Shown: positions 1-9,942 of the stretch, piece by piece
How the letters are laid out: each line of letters begins with the position of its first letter
Numbering within the stretch: position 1 is the first letter of the stretch
Assembly: GCA_963676615.1 (NCBI GenBank)
Contig: OY781092.1
Coordinates: 1,376,001-1,440,000, forward strand
Origin: Candidatus Cloacimonadota bacterium
GTDB taxonomy: Bacteria; Cloacimonadota; Cloacimonadia; G963667145
DNA length: 64,000 nucleotides
Direction: 5' to 3'
The notes under the pieces: model-generated
Database searches by the model: none
What the model saw: the letters and a program-made list of their open reading frames with translations, nothing else
What the model was told of the DNA's origin: nothing
Made by a program: the position numbers and the translations under genes

Positions 1-1
1 T

Positions 2-1209
2 AAAATCAAAAGAGATGAAGACGGAACAATCAAAGAAAATTTGATTATCAAAGGAAATAACCTTTTGGCTTTACACTCTCTCAAAAAGCAATTCGCAGGA
101 AAGGTGAAGCTGATTTATATCGACCCGCCGTATAATACAGGAAGTGATAGTTTTAAATACAACGATAAATTTCGTCACTCGACTTGGCTTTCGTTTATGA
201 AAAACAGGTTGGAAGTAGCAAGGGAATTATTAAGTGCAGATGGAAGTATTTATATTAATATTGACCAAAAGGAGTCGCATTATCTAAAAATTCTTTGTGA
301 TGATATTTTTGGAAGAATAAATTTTCAAAATGAAATAGTTTGGCTTTATACTGGTGGAACTGATAGAAAAAAAGGGTTTAATAGAAAATATGATAATATT
401 TTATTTTATTCAAAATCCGAAAGTTATTTTTTTCAGAATGTATATGAACCTTTTTCTGAAGCGACAGTAAAAAGATTTAATAAAATTGATGAAAATGGTA
501 AAAAATATAAAGAAAATACACTTTCAGATGGAAGAGTTACAAAAACATATATGAAAGAAGAAGGGAAAAAAGTTCCTGATTATTGGCATTTCCCAATAGT
601 AAACAGAACATATGATGAATATTGTGGAATTGATGGACAAAAACCTGAAGCATTATTAAAAAGAATTATTGAAGCATCTACCACAGAGGGTGATATTGTC
701 CTTGACTACCACCTTGGAAGTGGCACTACTGCGGCAGTTGCTCATAAAATGGGAAGGCAGTATATTGGCATAGAGCAAATGGACTACATAGAAACTATTG
801 CTTGTGAAAGACTAAAAAAAGTTATTGCTGGTGAACAAGGAGGCATCTCAAAATCTATCCAATGGCAAGGTGGTGGAGACTTTATCTATTGTGAACTTGC
901 AAAATGGAACGAAACAGCCAAAGAAAAAATCATTGAGTGTGAGAATTTAGATGAGCTTATCACATTTTTTGATGAAATGTCCGAGAGATACTTCCTCAAT
1001 TACAACCTCAAAATCAAAGAGTTTAGAGAAAAGGTTATCAAAGAAGAAGAGTTTAGAAATCTCACATAGACGAACAAAAGAAAATGTTTGTGGCAATGCT
1101 GGATAACAACCAGATGTATGTAAACAAAACCGAAATGGCAGACAGAAAGTTTGGGATAAGTGAAGAAAATCAGAACTTAACTTCACAATTTTATGGCAGT
1201 GAGAAATAA
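2..1209 (+). CDS. mod: Type III restriction-modification methyltransferase (Mod); 5'-truncated by the window edge, with a 1-nt frameshift at ~1066
   Basis: Catalytic IYIDPPYNTG motif, SAM-binding DYHLGSGTT motif and KGNNLLAL/GIEQMDY segments. The frame is open to the left edge. The ORF stops at 1069, but a Mod-like tail (DEQKKMFVAMLDNNQMYVN...FYGSEK*) continues in another frame to 1209, 2 nt before res. Confidence 0.9.
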
Positions 1210-1211
1210 CT

Positions 1212-4001
1212 ATGGCAGGTATTAAATATGAAGATTTGCAGGTAATAAATGTTGACTCGGAATTAAGGGAGCTCAGAATACCTTATGAAAAGCTAGATAT
1301 ACCACAATATATTTCTGAAAACTTAAAATATCCATTTTTTGATTGGCAGAAAAAAGCAATGGAAAAATTCCTTGCATTTCAAGCAGTAAAAGAAATAAAA
1401 AATCCAAACGAGCCAACTCATCTTATGTTCAATATGGCGACAGGAACTGGGAAAACACTTTTGATGGCAAGTGCAATTTTATTCTACTATCAGCAAGGAT
1501 ACAGACATTTTCTCTTTTTCGTAAATCAAAACAATATCGTCGATAAGACAGAGAACAACTTTATAGATAACACGCATACAAAATATCTTTTCAAAGAAAA
1601 AATCGTCATTGATGATAAAACTGTAAACATTAAAAAAGTAGATTCGTTTAGCGATAATCCGCAAGGCATAGAGATTAAATTTACTTCTATTCATAAATTA
1701 CACAACGATATTCATACACAAAGAGAAAATCAAACGACTTTAGAAGATTTACAAAAGAAAAATCTCGTAATGCTTTGTGATGAAGCCCATAATTTTAATG
1801 CTCAAACAAAGAAAATAAAACAAGAGCAATTATTTTATGAAGCATTATCAAATAGCGTTGGAGATGGAACAATTGAAAGAATAGGCTGGGAGCATACCGC
1901 AAACGAATTAATTTTTAGAAAAAATAACAAAAACATTGAAAATAGAAATGTTTTACTTGAATTTACAGCCACAATTCCAACGGAAGAATCAGTTGCCAAA
2001 AAATACGAAGGTAAAATCATCTATAAATTTGGATTGAAAGAATTTCTACAAGCAGGATACACCAAAGAAATTAACCTTATTTCTTCCACTCTGGACAAAA
2101 AAGATAGGGTGTTACAAGCCTTGCTTTTTCAATGGTATAGACACAAAATCGCACTCAAAAATGGTATTGCAAACTTTAAACCAGTTATACTTTTTAGAAG
2201 TAAAACCATTAAGGAATCAAAAGCAGATTATGAAGAATTTTTGAACTGGATAGACAATATTTCAAGCAGTGATTTTGATTTTCTTCAAAATATTTCAGAT
2301 AAAATCGCACAAAGTAAAAGTTTGTATGAACAAGGGAAATCAAGAACCGAGCAAGTTTTAAACTTTATCAAAAAAGAAAAAATAAATTTTGGAGAAATAG
2401 CAAACTGGATTAAGCAAAGCTATCAAGAGAAAAACACGATTATAACAAACTCTAAAACAAATAACGCAGAAAAAGAAAAAACAGATGAAAAAACAGAAAA
2501 GCTCTTAAACAGTTTAGAGGATAAAAATAATCATATCAGAGCTATTTTTACTGTTAACAGGCTCACAGAGGGCTGGGATGTTTTAAATCTTTTTGATATT
2601 GTCAGGCTCTATCAAGGGCAAAATGCTGGCGGAAGTAACAAAAAAACTCCAAAGGCAACAACCCAAGAAAAACAGCTTATTGGAAGAGGTGTCCGATATT
2701 TTCCTTTTGCTTTCAGTGACAAAATCAAAAATAAAAGAAAATTTGATGATGATTTAAACCACGAGCTAAGAGTTTTGGAAGAACTCTATTATTACACCTA
2801 TGACGAAGAATCAAGGTATATTTCACACCTCAAAGAAGAATTGAAAAAAGACGGATATATTTCAGGTAACAGAACAGTAAAAACCTTTGCGCTTAAAGAA
2901 AATTTCAAAGAAAAAGAGTTTTACAAATCGGGAAAAATCTGGGTAAACAAACAGATAGACAATCCAAAAAGAAGAAAGAAAACACTGGAAGATATTGAAA
3001 AAGATTTTTTTGTGCCGTATAAAATCAAAGGTCTAGAATTTACTGAGCAAGAAATTGATTTTAACAAACAAGAAGATTTGCAAAGATTAAATTTACCAGA
3101 GAAAGGCTTACAAACAATTTCAATAAAATTTAAGGATATTGAAAAGCATATTGTTCAAAAAGCCATCAATATCAAAGCCCAGCAAGAAAACTCATTGTTT
3201 CAGTTTGAAAGACTAAAAGAAGAGTTGGAAATTGAAAGTATGGATGAGTTACAAACGGACAAACTTGCCAATTTTGATGTTCAAATAATTGTCAGTAAAA
3301 ATACAAATTATGACGATATTGATAATAGCGATAAGTTAGGTTTAGTCGTTAAATTTTTGGACAATGTTTTTGTAGAACTTAAAAACAAGATTGCTCCCAA
3401 AATTGGAAGCGAATTTATCGTAAAAGATTTTAAAAAGCTCTTTGCAGAGCCAAAAACAAAGACGATTGAAGAAGACGCAGGTTCTGAAAGAATTGCCAAA
3501 GAATTAGAAACTGAAAACTGGTATGTTTTGGATTCTTTTCATGGGACAGACCAAGAAGAAGATCTGATTGAATTTATAAAAAGCACAATTGGAAATTTAG
3601 AAAAAAAATACGAAGATATTTACTTACTTAGAAACGAAGAAGTTTATAAAATTTATGATTTTGAGCAAGGCAGAGGTTTTCAACCTGATTTTATTCTCTT
3701 TTTAAAAACAAAAGACAAATATAATTTTTCTGTAAATGCTTCTGAAATTAAAACACAACTTTATTATCAAATTTTTATTGAGCCAAAACAAAAAAAATAT
3801 ATGACTTCTAAAGATGAAATATGGAAAGAAAGGTTTTTAGAAGAAATCACTGAAAAATACGGCTTTGAAAAGATTATAAAAGCTGAAAATCCACATTATA
3901 GATTGATTGGCTTGCCATTTTTTAATAACAATCAAAATGGGAAATTCCAAAAAAATTACGACAAAATTTTCGGCAAAAACCATAATTATGACGAAGTTTG
4001 A
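1212..4001 (+). CDS. res: Type III restriction enzyme Res subunit (SF2 helicase plus PD-(D/E)xK nuclease)
   Basis: Walker A MATGTGKT, DEAH box, LTEGWDV and QLIGRGVR helicase motifs, and C-terminal FQPDFILF...IEPK nuclease motif; directly downstream of mod. Confidence 0.92.
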   Translation: MAGIKYEDLQVINVDSELRELRIPYEKLDIPQYISENLKYPFFDWQKKAMEKFLAFQAVKEIKNPNEPTHLMFNMATGTGKTLLMASAILFYYQQGYRHFLFFVNQNNIVDKTENNFIDNTHTKYLFKEKIVIDDKTVNIKKVDSFSDNPQGIEIKFTSIHKLHNDIHTQRENQTTLEDLQKKNLVMLCDEAHNFNAQTKKIKQEQLFYEALSNSVGDGTIERIGWEHTANELIFRKNNKNIENRNVLLEFTATIPTEESVAKKYEGKIIYKFGLKEFLQAGYTKEINLISSTLDKKDRVLQALLFQWYRHKIALKNGIANFKPVILFRSKTIKESKADYEEFLNWIDNISSSDFDFLQNISDKIAQSKSLYEQGKSRTEQVLNFIKKEKINFGEIANWIKQSYQEKNTIITNSKTNNAEKEKTDEKTEKLLNSLEDKNNHIRAIFTVNRLTEGWDVLNLFDIVRLYQGQNAGGSNKKTPKATTQEKQLIGRGVRYFPFAFSDKIKNKRKFDDDLNHELRVLEELYYYTYDEESRYISHLKEELKKDGYISGNRTVKTFALKENFKEKEFYKSGKIWVNKQIDNPKRRKKTLEDIEKDFFVPYKIKGLEFTEQEIDFNKQEDLQRLNLPEKGLQTISIKFKDIEKHIVQKAINIKAQQENSLFQFERLKEELEIESMDELQTDKLANFDVQIIVSKNTNYDDIDNSDKLGLVVKFLDNVFVELKNKIAPKIGSEFIVKDFKKLFAEPKTKTIEEDAGSERIAKELETENWYVLDSFHGTDQEEDLIEFIKSTIGNLEKKYEDIYLLRNEEVYKIYDFEQGRGFQPDFILFLKTKDKYNFSVNASEIKTQLYYQIFIEPKQKKYMTSKDEIWKERFLEEITEKYGFEKIIKAENPHYRLIGLPFFNNNQNGKFQKNYDKIFGKNHNYDEV

Positions 4002-4704
4002 AAATTCCCCTATGCCAAAATTGACCGACCTCAAAAAGAAGCGAAACCAAATTGACGCGGGCTGTGCTATCATCGAGGGCGACCGCCTCTTGCGGCAGCT
4101 CATCGCCAACAATGTGCCAATTTTGGACATTTTTTGCTGGCAAGAGCAGACTCATCCGTCGTGGCTGAGCGACTTTCGTCCCAAACTCATCAGCAAGAAA
4201 AAATTTTCCGCTTTGGCGCAAACCAAAACGCCGCAAAATTACATCGCTATCGCAAAGCGCTCCACCGCCAAAATCGGCGACTATCAAACTCTGCTCTATC
4301 TGGACAAAATCGCCGATCCAGGCAACCTCGGCACAATCGCCCGCACAGCGCTGGCTCTGGGCGTCGATGGCATAGCTCTCTCGCCCGACAGCTGCGATGC
4401 GTTCAATCCCAAAGCCATTCGCTCGTCGCTGGGAGCTGTTTTTTCGTTGCCTATCGAAACCAAAAATTACCAGTGGCTAAAAGAGCAAAAAGCTCAAAAA
4501 ATTTTGGCAGACCTATGCGGCACATCGATTTATCGCCTGCCACCGCTGCAGAAGAAAAAAATCTTGATAATGGGCTCGGAAGCCAGCGGCGCATCCAAAG
4601 AGGCGAAATCACTCGCCGAGCTGACAATCACCATTCCGCTCACGAGCAAAATGGAATCTCTGAACCTAGCAATCGCCACGGGCATTTGCCTGAGCCACAT
4701 CTAG
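3988..4704 (+). CDS. TrmH/SpoU-family RNA methyltransferase
   Basis: SPOUT motifs LDKIADPGNLGTIART, IMGSEASG and ESLNLAIA. Start chosen at ATG 3988. Confidence 0.88.
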   Translation: MTKFENSPMPKLTDLKKKRNQIDAGCAIIEGDRLLRQLIANNVPILDIFCWQEQTHPSWLSDFRPKLISKKKFSALAQTKTPQNYIAIAKRSTAKIGDYQTLLYLDKIADPGNLGTIARTALALGVDGIALSPDSCDAFNPKAIRSSLGAVFSLPIETKNYQWLKEQKAQKILADLCGTSIYRLPPLQKKKILIMGSEASGASKEAKSLAELTITIPLTSKMESLNLAIATGICLSHI

Positions 4705-4710
4705 CGAATT

Positions 4711-5370
4711 ATGACGAAAATCAAAGACCTGCCGCCAGAAGAGCGACCAAGCGAAAAGCTGCTAAGCCGCGGCGCACAGCACCTGTCCGACCTTGAACTT
4801 CTGATGATTCTCATCGGCAGAGGCGTCAAAGGTCATTCCGTCCAAGAAATCTGCCAAAAACTGCTCAAACTCATCGACGAAAAAGGGTTCGACATCAGCA
4901 TCGACAACATTTTGGAAATCGACGGAATGGCGACCGCCAAAGCTGGAATGGTCTTGGCGGCTTGCGAATTTTTCCGCCGAAGAATCAAACCCAAAGGCTT
5001 CAAAATAAAAGAACCCTACCAAATTATGCCGCTGCTCTGGCACTATGGCGACCGCAAGCAGGAGCACTTTCTGGTCGTCAGCCTCAACGCCGCGGGCGAG
5101 GTAATCACCACCAGAGTCGTCACCATCGGGCTGATAAATCAGACGCAAATCCACCCACGAGAAGTCTTCTGGCAAGCCATAACCGATCGAGCCTCATCCG
5201 TAATTTTGGCGCACAATCACCCCTCGGGCAACACGCAACCGTCCAAACAAGACCAGCAAATCACCAAAGAGCTGCAACAAGCCGGCGAAATTTTGGGAAT
5301 AAAAGTGCTCGACCACATCATCTTTACCCAGCAAGAATACTACTCGTTCCTGGAGCATCACAAATTATGA
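4711..5370 (+). CDS. radC: RadC family protein (JAB/MPN domain)
   Basis: N-terminal [15 protein letters not shown]...LSDLELL, HPREVF and AHNHPSG...S..D JAMM motif, VLDHII. Confidence 0.95.
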   Translation: MTKIKDLPPEERPSEKLLSRGAQHLSDLELLMILIGRGVKGHSVQEICQKLLKLIDEKGFDISIDNILEIDGMATAKAGMVLAACEFFRRRIKPKGFKIKEPYQIMPLLWHYGDRKQEHFLVVSLNAAGEVITTRVVTIGLINQTQIHPREVFWQAITDRASSVILAHNHPSGNTQPSKQDQQITKELQQAGEILGIKVLDHIIFTQQEYYSFLEHHKL

Positions 5371-6257
5371 CGACGAAAAAAAAACAGGCAAAAATCTCGA
5401 TAAAATTTTTTGACGACCGCCAAGTGCGCGCCATCTGGGACGACCAAAACGCAAAGTGGTGGTTTTCGGTCTTAGACATAGTTGCCGTGCTTACCGATCA
5501 AGACGATTACGCCAAAACCCGCAACTATTGGAAATACCTAAAAGCCAAGCTGAAAAAAGAAAATAACGAACTGGTTAGTGCCACTACCCAGTTGAAAATC
5601 GTCGCGCCTGATGGGAAAAAACGGTTAACCGATATGCTCGACTACGACGGGATTGTCGCATTAGGCAAACAATTCCCCAGCAAAAAGGCAAACCGCTTCA
5701 TAGAATGGTTCACCTACAGCGACCAGACCATCGACGGCAAAAGCAAAACCAAGGCTTACGCTCTGTTTGAAAGCTCTTTTATCGAGCACATCGAAGTTGG
5801 CACAACCAAAGGCTTGCAGCAAATCCACGCCTATCTATTTGGCGGACTATACGATTTTGCAGGACAAATCAGACAAAAAAACATCTCCAAAGGCGGCTTC
5901 CAATTTGCCATATCACGCTTTTTGGACGACACCTTAAAGCAAATCCAGGCGATGCCCGAAACCACATTCGCCGAAATTGTGAACAAATATGTCGAGATGA
6001 ACATTGCGCATCCGTTTATGGAAGGCAACGGCAGAAGCACTCGCATTTGGCTAGATTTGATCCTCAAAAAACGGCTGAAAAAGTGCGTTGACTGGAGCAA
6101 AATCGGCAAAAACGAATATATGAACGCGATGATAAAAAGCTCTGTGGACAGCTCGCTTTTGCAAAAAACACTCGAAGCCGCTTTGACCGACCAGATAAAC
6201 GACCGCCAAATGTTTATAAAAGGAATCGACTACTCCTACTACTACGAAGAAGCGTGA
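5367..6257 (+). CDS. fic: Fic-family protein adenylyltransferase with an N-terminal Bro-N-like domain
   Basis: Fic motif [12 protein letters not shown] and C-terminal SYYYE inhibitory-helix-like motif. The N-terminal ~115 aa (VRAIWD...[12 protein letters not shown]...YWKYLK...DGKKRLTD) resemble Bro-N. The ATG overlaps the radC stop (ATGA). Confidence 0.88.
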   Translation: MTTKKKQAKISIKFFDDRQVRAIWDDQNAKWWFSVLDIVAVLTDQDDYAKTRNYWKYLKAKLKKENNELVSATTQLKIVAPDGKKRLTDMLDYDGIVALGKQFPSKKANRFIEWFTYSDQTIDGKSKTKAYALFESSFIEHIEVGTTKGLQQIHAYLFGGLYDFAGQIRQKNISKGGFQFAISRFLDDTLKQIQAMPETTFAEIVNKYVEMNIAHPFMEGNGRSTRIWLDLILKKRLKKCVDWSKIGKNEYMNAMIKSSVDSSLLQKTLEAALTDQINDRQMFIKGIDYSYYYEEA

Positions 6258-6307
6258 GAAACAATCAAAAACGCTCAAATTCAGCTAACTAAAACTCTCC
6301 AAACAAC

Positions 6308-6337
6308 TTGACAAATTACCTAATAAGACAACTTTTG
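6308..6337 (+). promoter_or_regulatory. Putative promoter of the toxin-antitoxin operon
   Basis: Perfect TTGACA at 6308-6313, 28 nt upstream of the toxin ATG; no clear TATAAT. Confidence 0.45.
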
Positions 6338-6341
6338 CAAA

Positions 6342-6686
6342 ATGAAAGACATTCGATATTATGTATCACCCAACGGCAAATGCTTCGTCACAGAATTTTT
6401 AGACAAGCTCAACAAAAAAGTTATAACTAAATTTGTGTGGACTTTGCAACTGATTATCGAAGAAAAAAATATCCCAGACAAATACTTTAAAAAGCTCAAA
6501 AACACAAACGATATTTGGGAAGTAAGAGTAAATTATGACGGAAACGCCTACAGATTTCTAGGTTTTTTGGACGGAGAAACTTTAATTATCTTAAATCACG
6601 CTTTTGCCAAAAAATCGCAAAAAACACCAACCAAAGAAATTCGGACGGCAGAAAAAAGGAAGGAGGAGTATTATGAGCGCACTTGA
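6342..6686 (+). CDS. higB: RelE/ParE-superfamily (HigB/Gp49-like) toxin
   Basis: 114 aa with YFKKL...IWEVRV...YRFLGF...LNHAFAKKSQKTP signature; lies upstream of an HTH antitoxin. Confidence 0.85.
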   Translation: MKDIRYYVSPNGKCFVTEFLDKLNKKVITKFVWTLQLIIEEKNIPDKYFKKLKNTNDIWEVRVNYDGNAYRFLGFLDGETLIILNHAFAKKSQKTPTKEIRTAEKRKEEYYERT

Positions 6687-6966
6687 TAGATGTATAAAAT
6701 TCGAAGACCACTTGGAGCAAATGAAAAAAAAGGATTCCGAGTTCAAAAAAGAGGTCGAAGAAGGGTATGAGGCTTTTCGGCTAGGGGCTTTACTGCGGAA
6801 CGGCAGAAAAGAGGCGCATCTGACTCAAGAACAGGTTGCCAAAAAAGCCAACACAACCAAAAATTTCATCTCACGCCTCGAGAATCACGCCAAAGACGCG
6901 CGACTATCTACCCTCATAAAATATGCAAACGCTTTGGGGAAAAAGCTAGAAATCAAAATCGTCTAA
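6673..6966 (+). CDS. higA: XRE-family HTH antitoxin (HigA-like)
   Basis: RKEAHLTQEQVAKKANTTKNFISRLEN...LSTLIKYANALG HTH; AGGAGG at 6661-6666 precedes ATG 6673; overlaps the toxin stop. Confidence 0.85.
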   Translation: MSALDRCIKFEDHLEQMKKKDSEFKKEVEEGYEAFRLGALLRNGRKEAHLTQEQVAKKANTTKNFISRLENHAKDARLSTLIKYANALGKKLEIKIV

Positions 6967-6982
6967 CCAAATCGAGAAAATT

Positions 6983-7726
6983 ATGACCAAACAAATCGAA
7001 AAAATCTGCTCATTTATCACGGAGCAAGTAAGAGGCAACGGCTTTGAAAAAGTCGTCATCGGGCTATCTGGGGGCATCGACTCTGCCGTTGTGGCGTTTT
7101 TGTGCGCCAAAGCTCTGGGAAAGGAAAATGTCTTTGGGCTGATGCTGCCCTACAAAAGCTCGCATCAAGCCAGCCTCGACGACGCTCTGGCGGTGGCTGG
7201 CGCCTTGCAGATAGACCATAAAATCGTGCCGATTACGCCGATGGTGGACAGTTATTTCGACGGCGAAACACCCGAAAAATTGCAAAAAGGCAACTTCTGT
7301 GCACGGATGCGAATGTCGGTGCTGTTCGACTACGCCCAACGAAATCGCGCCCTTGTGGCAGGCACAGGCAACCGCAGCGAGCTGCTCATCGGCTATTGCA
7401 CAATCTACGGCGATGGCGCCTGCAGCTTCGAGCCAATCGGGCATCTCTACAAAACAGAAGTTTGGCAAATGGCAAAAATTTTGGGAGTGCCAAAACAGAT
7501 AATCGAAAAGCCACCCACAGCAGATTTGTGGGACGGACAGACCGACGAGCAAGAGCTAGGACTCGACTATCTCACGCTCGACAAAATCCTCACAGATTTC
7601 CAAGAAAATCTACTTGACAACAGACAGCTGGCTCAAAAGTATGGCAAGACGAAAGTCGAAAGAGTCGTTTCTCTTTTCCGAAAAAGTGCATTCAAAAGGG
7701 TAATGCCGCCAATTCCCACAAGGTAA
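6983..7726 (+). CDS. nadE: NH3-dependent NAD+ synthetase
   Basis: GLSGGIDSAV, GNFCARMRM, GTGNRSE..IGY.T.YGDG and KPPTADLW.GQTDEQELG motifs; no glutaminase domain. Confidence 0.95.
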   Translation: MTKQIEKICSFITEQVRGNGFEKVVIGLSGGIDSAVVAFLCAKALGKENVFGLMLPYKSSHQASLDDALAVAGALQIDHKIVPITPMVDSYFDGETPEKLQKGNFCARMRMSVLFDYAQRNRALVAGTGNRSELLIGYCTIYGDGACSFEPIGHLYKTEVWQMAKILGVPKQIIEKPPTADLWDGQTDEQELGLDYLTLDKILTDFQENLLDNRQLAQKYGKTKVERVVSLFRKSAFKRVMPPIPTR

Positions 7727-8184
7727 AGGTTATGAAAAAGAAAACAAAAATCTCACAACTTCAAGAACAAATTTTGCAACAAGAAGAGCCATCAATTGAG
7801 CTAATCAACGAGTATCTGCTCGAAAAATTCCCCGAGATGGAGGAAGAGTTTCAGCATCATCCACTAGAAACTTTGCAAAAAAAGAGCGAGAAAAAAATCG
7901 CCAAAACAGCCACAAAGACAGTCACAAAAAAAACAGCAAAAAACACTGCGAAGAAGAAAACTGCAAAGAAAAAAGCAGCAAAAAACACAGCGAAGAAAAA
8001 AGCACAAAAAACCGCAAAAGAGTTTGAAGAAAAAACAGAAGACGAAAAAAAAGAGATGTATCGCCAGATACTTTTAAGCACAATCAAAGCCGCCCTTGAG
8101 CAAAACAGCGACTATATGGACGACGAAAAAGAGGGCATTTTGAAATGGGTGAACAAGCAAACGCTGGAAGAGCTAATCGAAATG

Positions 8185-9500
8185 GGCACCGTCCAAAAAA
8201 GTGTGTCTAATCTCCAATTTGGTTTCCATTTTCTTAACTTTCTGGGAACAAAATTTTGTCAAATTTAAATTGATAAATCGGATAATTCAGATATTTATCG
8301 ACCTTGTCCATCGCGACCTTGCTCAGCAGCAGTAGCACAGACTCATCGCTGGGCATCGAGTTCCTGATTTTCAAAACTTTCCGAAACTGTTTATTCAAAT
8401 TTTCGATCCAATTTGTGGTGTAAATCAGCCGCTGAATTCTGTGGTCAAACTCCAAAAAAGTGAAATAATAAACGACATCGTCTCTGTTTAATAACTTCTT
8501 GGTAAATCGATACTTATCTCCCCATTTTTTCGCAAAATTATCCAAATTTTTCAAAGCAATTTCTTTCGTATAGCGTTCTTGTCCGACGCAAAAAATTTCC
8601 TTCAAATCGTCGCTAATTTCGCTTTTATCACTATTCCTGACCTTAGCTAATAGACTTCTTTTAAAGTGAGTTACACACTTTTGAAATTTCGCATTTTTAA
8701 AAACTTTGCTCACCACATTTTCCAGCCCAACAAGGCCGTCAGCCACGACCAATTTTGTCGTTTGCAAGCCTCGCGATTTTAGGCGATTAAACAAGAATTC
8801 CCAGCCAGCAGCGCTCTCGGTCGGGATATTTTCGAGCGCCAAAATGTCCCGACTTTTGTCCTCTCGGACGCCGATAACCACGCAAAACGCCTCAGTTTCA
8901 ACACTGTCGAGCCGCCTCAATTTGGAATGTATGGCGTCAATCATAATAATCGGATAGTTTTTTTCTAGCGGCCTATTTCGCCAATTTGTCAACAATTCTT
9001 TGAATTCTTGGCTGATATTGCTGATGGTCGATTTTTTGTAATTCGTGCCAAAAACATTTGCGAAAACATTCTCTATGTCTCTGGTAGACAAGCCTTTAGC
9101 ATACAGCTGAAACGCCAATTCTCGTACTTCTTGCTCCTGCTTTTTCAAAATTTCCAAGATAAATGGATAAAATTGACCGAATCTGTCGCGCGGAATTTTG
9201 AATTGAATTTTGCCGCTGAGAGATGAAAAACACCTGCTGCGATAGCCGTTGCCTTTGTTGTTTGAGCTTTTGTTTTCCGCCATAAAAGCCTGTCTTTCCA
9301 GCTTCATAAGGCTGTTAAAAACGAACTCGATCAATTTATTCGCGCCATAATCATTGACATTTTCGTCTAAAATTTTTTGTAGTTGACTTGCGTTAAATCG
9401 CATAAGAATCTCCTTTTTTGTTCTTTTTTTTATAAAAATTGGAGATTCTTTTTTTGTGTCTAGTTTTTTTTGCTGCAGACACACTTTTTTGGACAGTGCC
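8185..9500 (-). mobile_element. Complete IS256-family insertion sequence (1316 bp)
   Basis: 24-bp terminal inverted repeats GGCAC(C/T)GTCCAAAAAAGTGTGTCT (8185-8208 and 9477-9500, 1 mismatch), flanked by the 8-bp direct repeat TCGAAATG (8177-8184 and 9501-9508); encodes a transposase. Confidence 0.96.
8234..9403 (-). CDS. IS256-family DDE transposase (389 aa)
   Basis: GNGYR...IPRDR.G.F, LYAKGLSTRDI, IMIDAI, VVADGL.GL, QKCVTHF and IYTTNWIENLNK motifs; ATG at 9403 preceded by AAGGAG. Confidence 0.95.
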   Translation of the reverse strand: MRFNASQLQKILDENVNDYGANKLIEFVFNSLMKLERQAFMAENKSSNNKGNGYRSRCFSSLSGKIQFKIPRDRFGQFYPFILEILKKQEQEVRELAFQLYAKGLSTRDIENVFANVFGTNYKKSTISNISQEFKELLTNWRNRPLEKNYPIIMIDAIHSKLRRLDSVETEAFCVVIGVREDKSRDILALENIPTESAAGWEFLFNRLKSRGLQTTKLVVADGLVGLENVVSKVFKNAKFQKCVTHFKRSLLAKVRNSDKSEISDDLKEIFCVGQERYTKEIALKNLDNFAKKWGDKYRFTKKLLNRDDVVYYFTFLEFDHRIQRLIYTTNWIENLNKQFRKVLKIRNSMPSDESVLLLLSKVAMDKVDKYLNYPIYQFKFDKILFPES

Positions 9501-9942
9501 TCGAAATGTTTGTCGTAAATTTGCAAAGCTACGAATTGCTTGATAATATTTTTAAAGGTGAGATCACTGACCAAGAAGAAATCGGCTTGCAAAACATCAT
9601 CACCGACTGCTGGCAGCTGGCGTATCTGGAGGCGTGCTCGCTTCCCGAGAAACTAAGGATTATGTCGCAGCTGATGGTCAACAAACTGCTCTACAACAAT
9701 CCCGATTTTGAGCAAAAAGATATCGACAACATCGCCTACCTCATCGGGCAGCTCGACGACGAAGAGATTATCGAGATTGTCCAAAAAGTTGAGCCAAAAA
9801 AGCCCGAGGAATTTATGTACCGCTTTTGCTATAAACACGAAGAGCTGGACGACATCAAAAAGGCGATCAAAATCACGGCCACTTTTGTGATAAGGTGGGA
9901 TCAACTGCCAGATGAAGTCCAGGATCAGATAACCCTCTTGAG

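Noticed and set aside
41..1069. Phase-variable (phasevarion-type) mod gene
   Set aside because: No simple-sequence repeat tract in the visible part or at the frameshift. The 5' end lies outside the window, so this cannot be fully excluded.
4962..5366. N-terminal extension of the Fic ORF (431-aa call)
   Set aside because: It overlaps radC in another frame; ATG 5367, coupled to the radC stop, is the plausible start.
9404..9592. N-terminal extension of the transposase in the ORF track (start 9592)
   Set aside because: It extends beyond the IS inverted repeat at 9500; ATG 9403 has a proper RBS.
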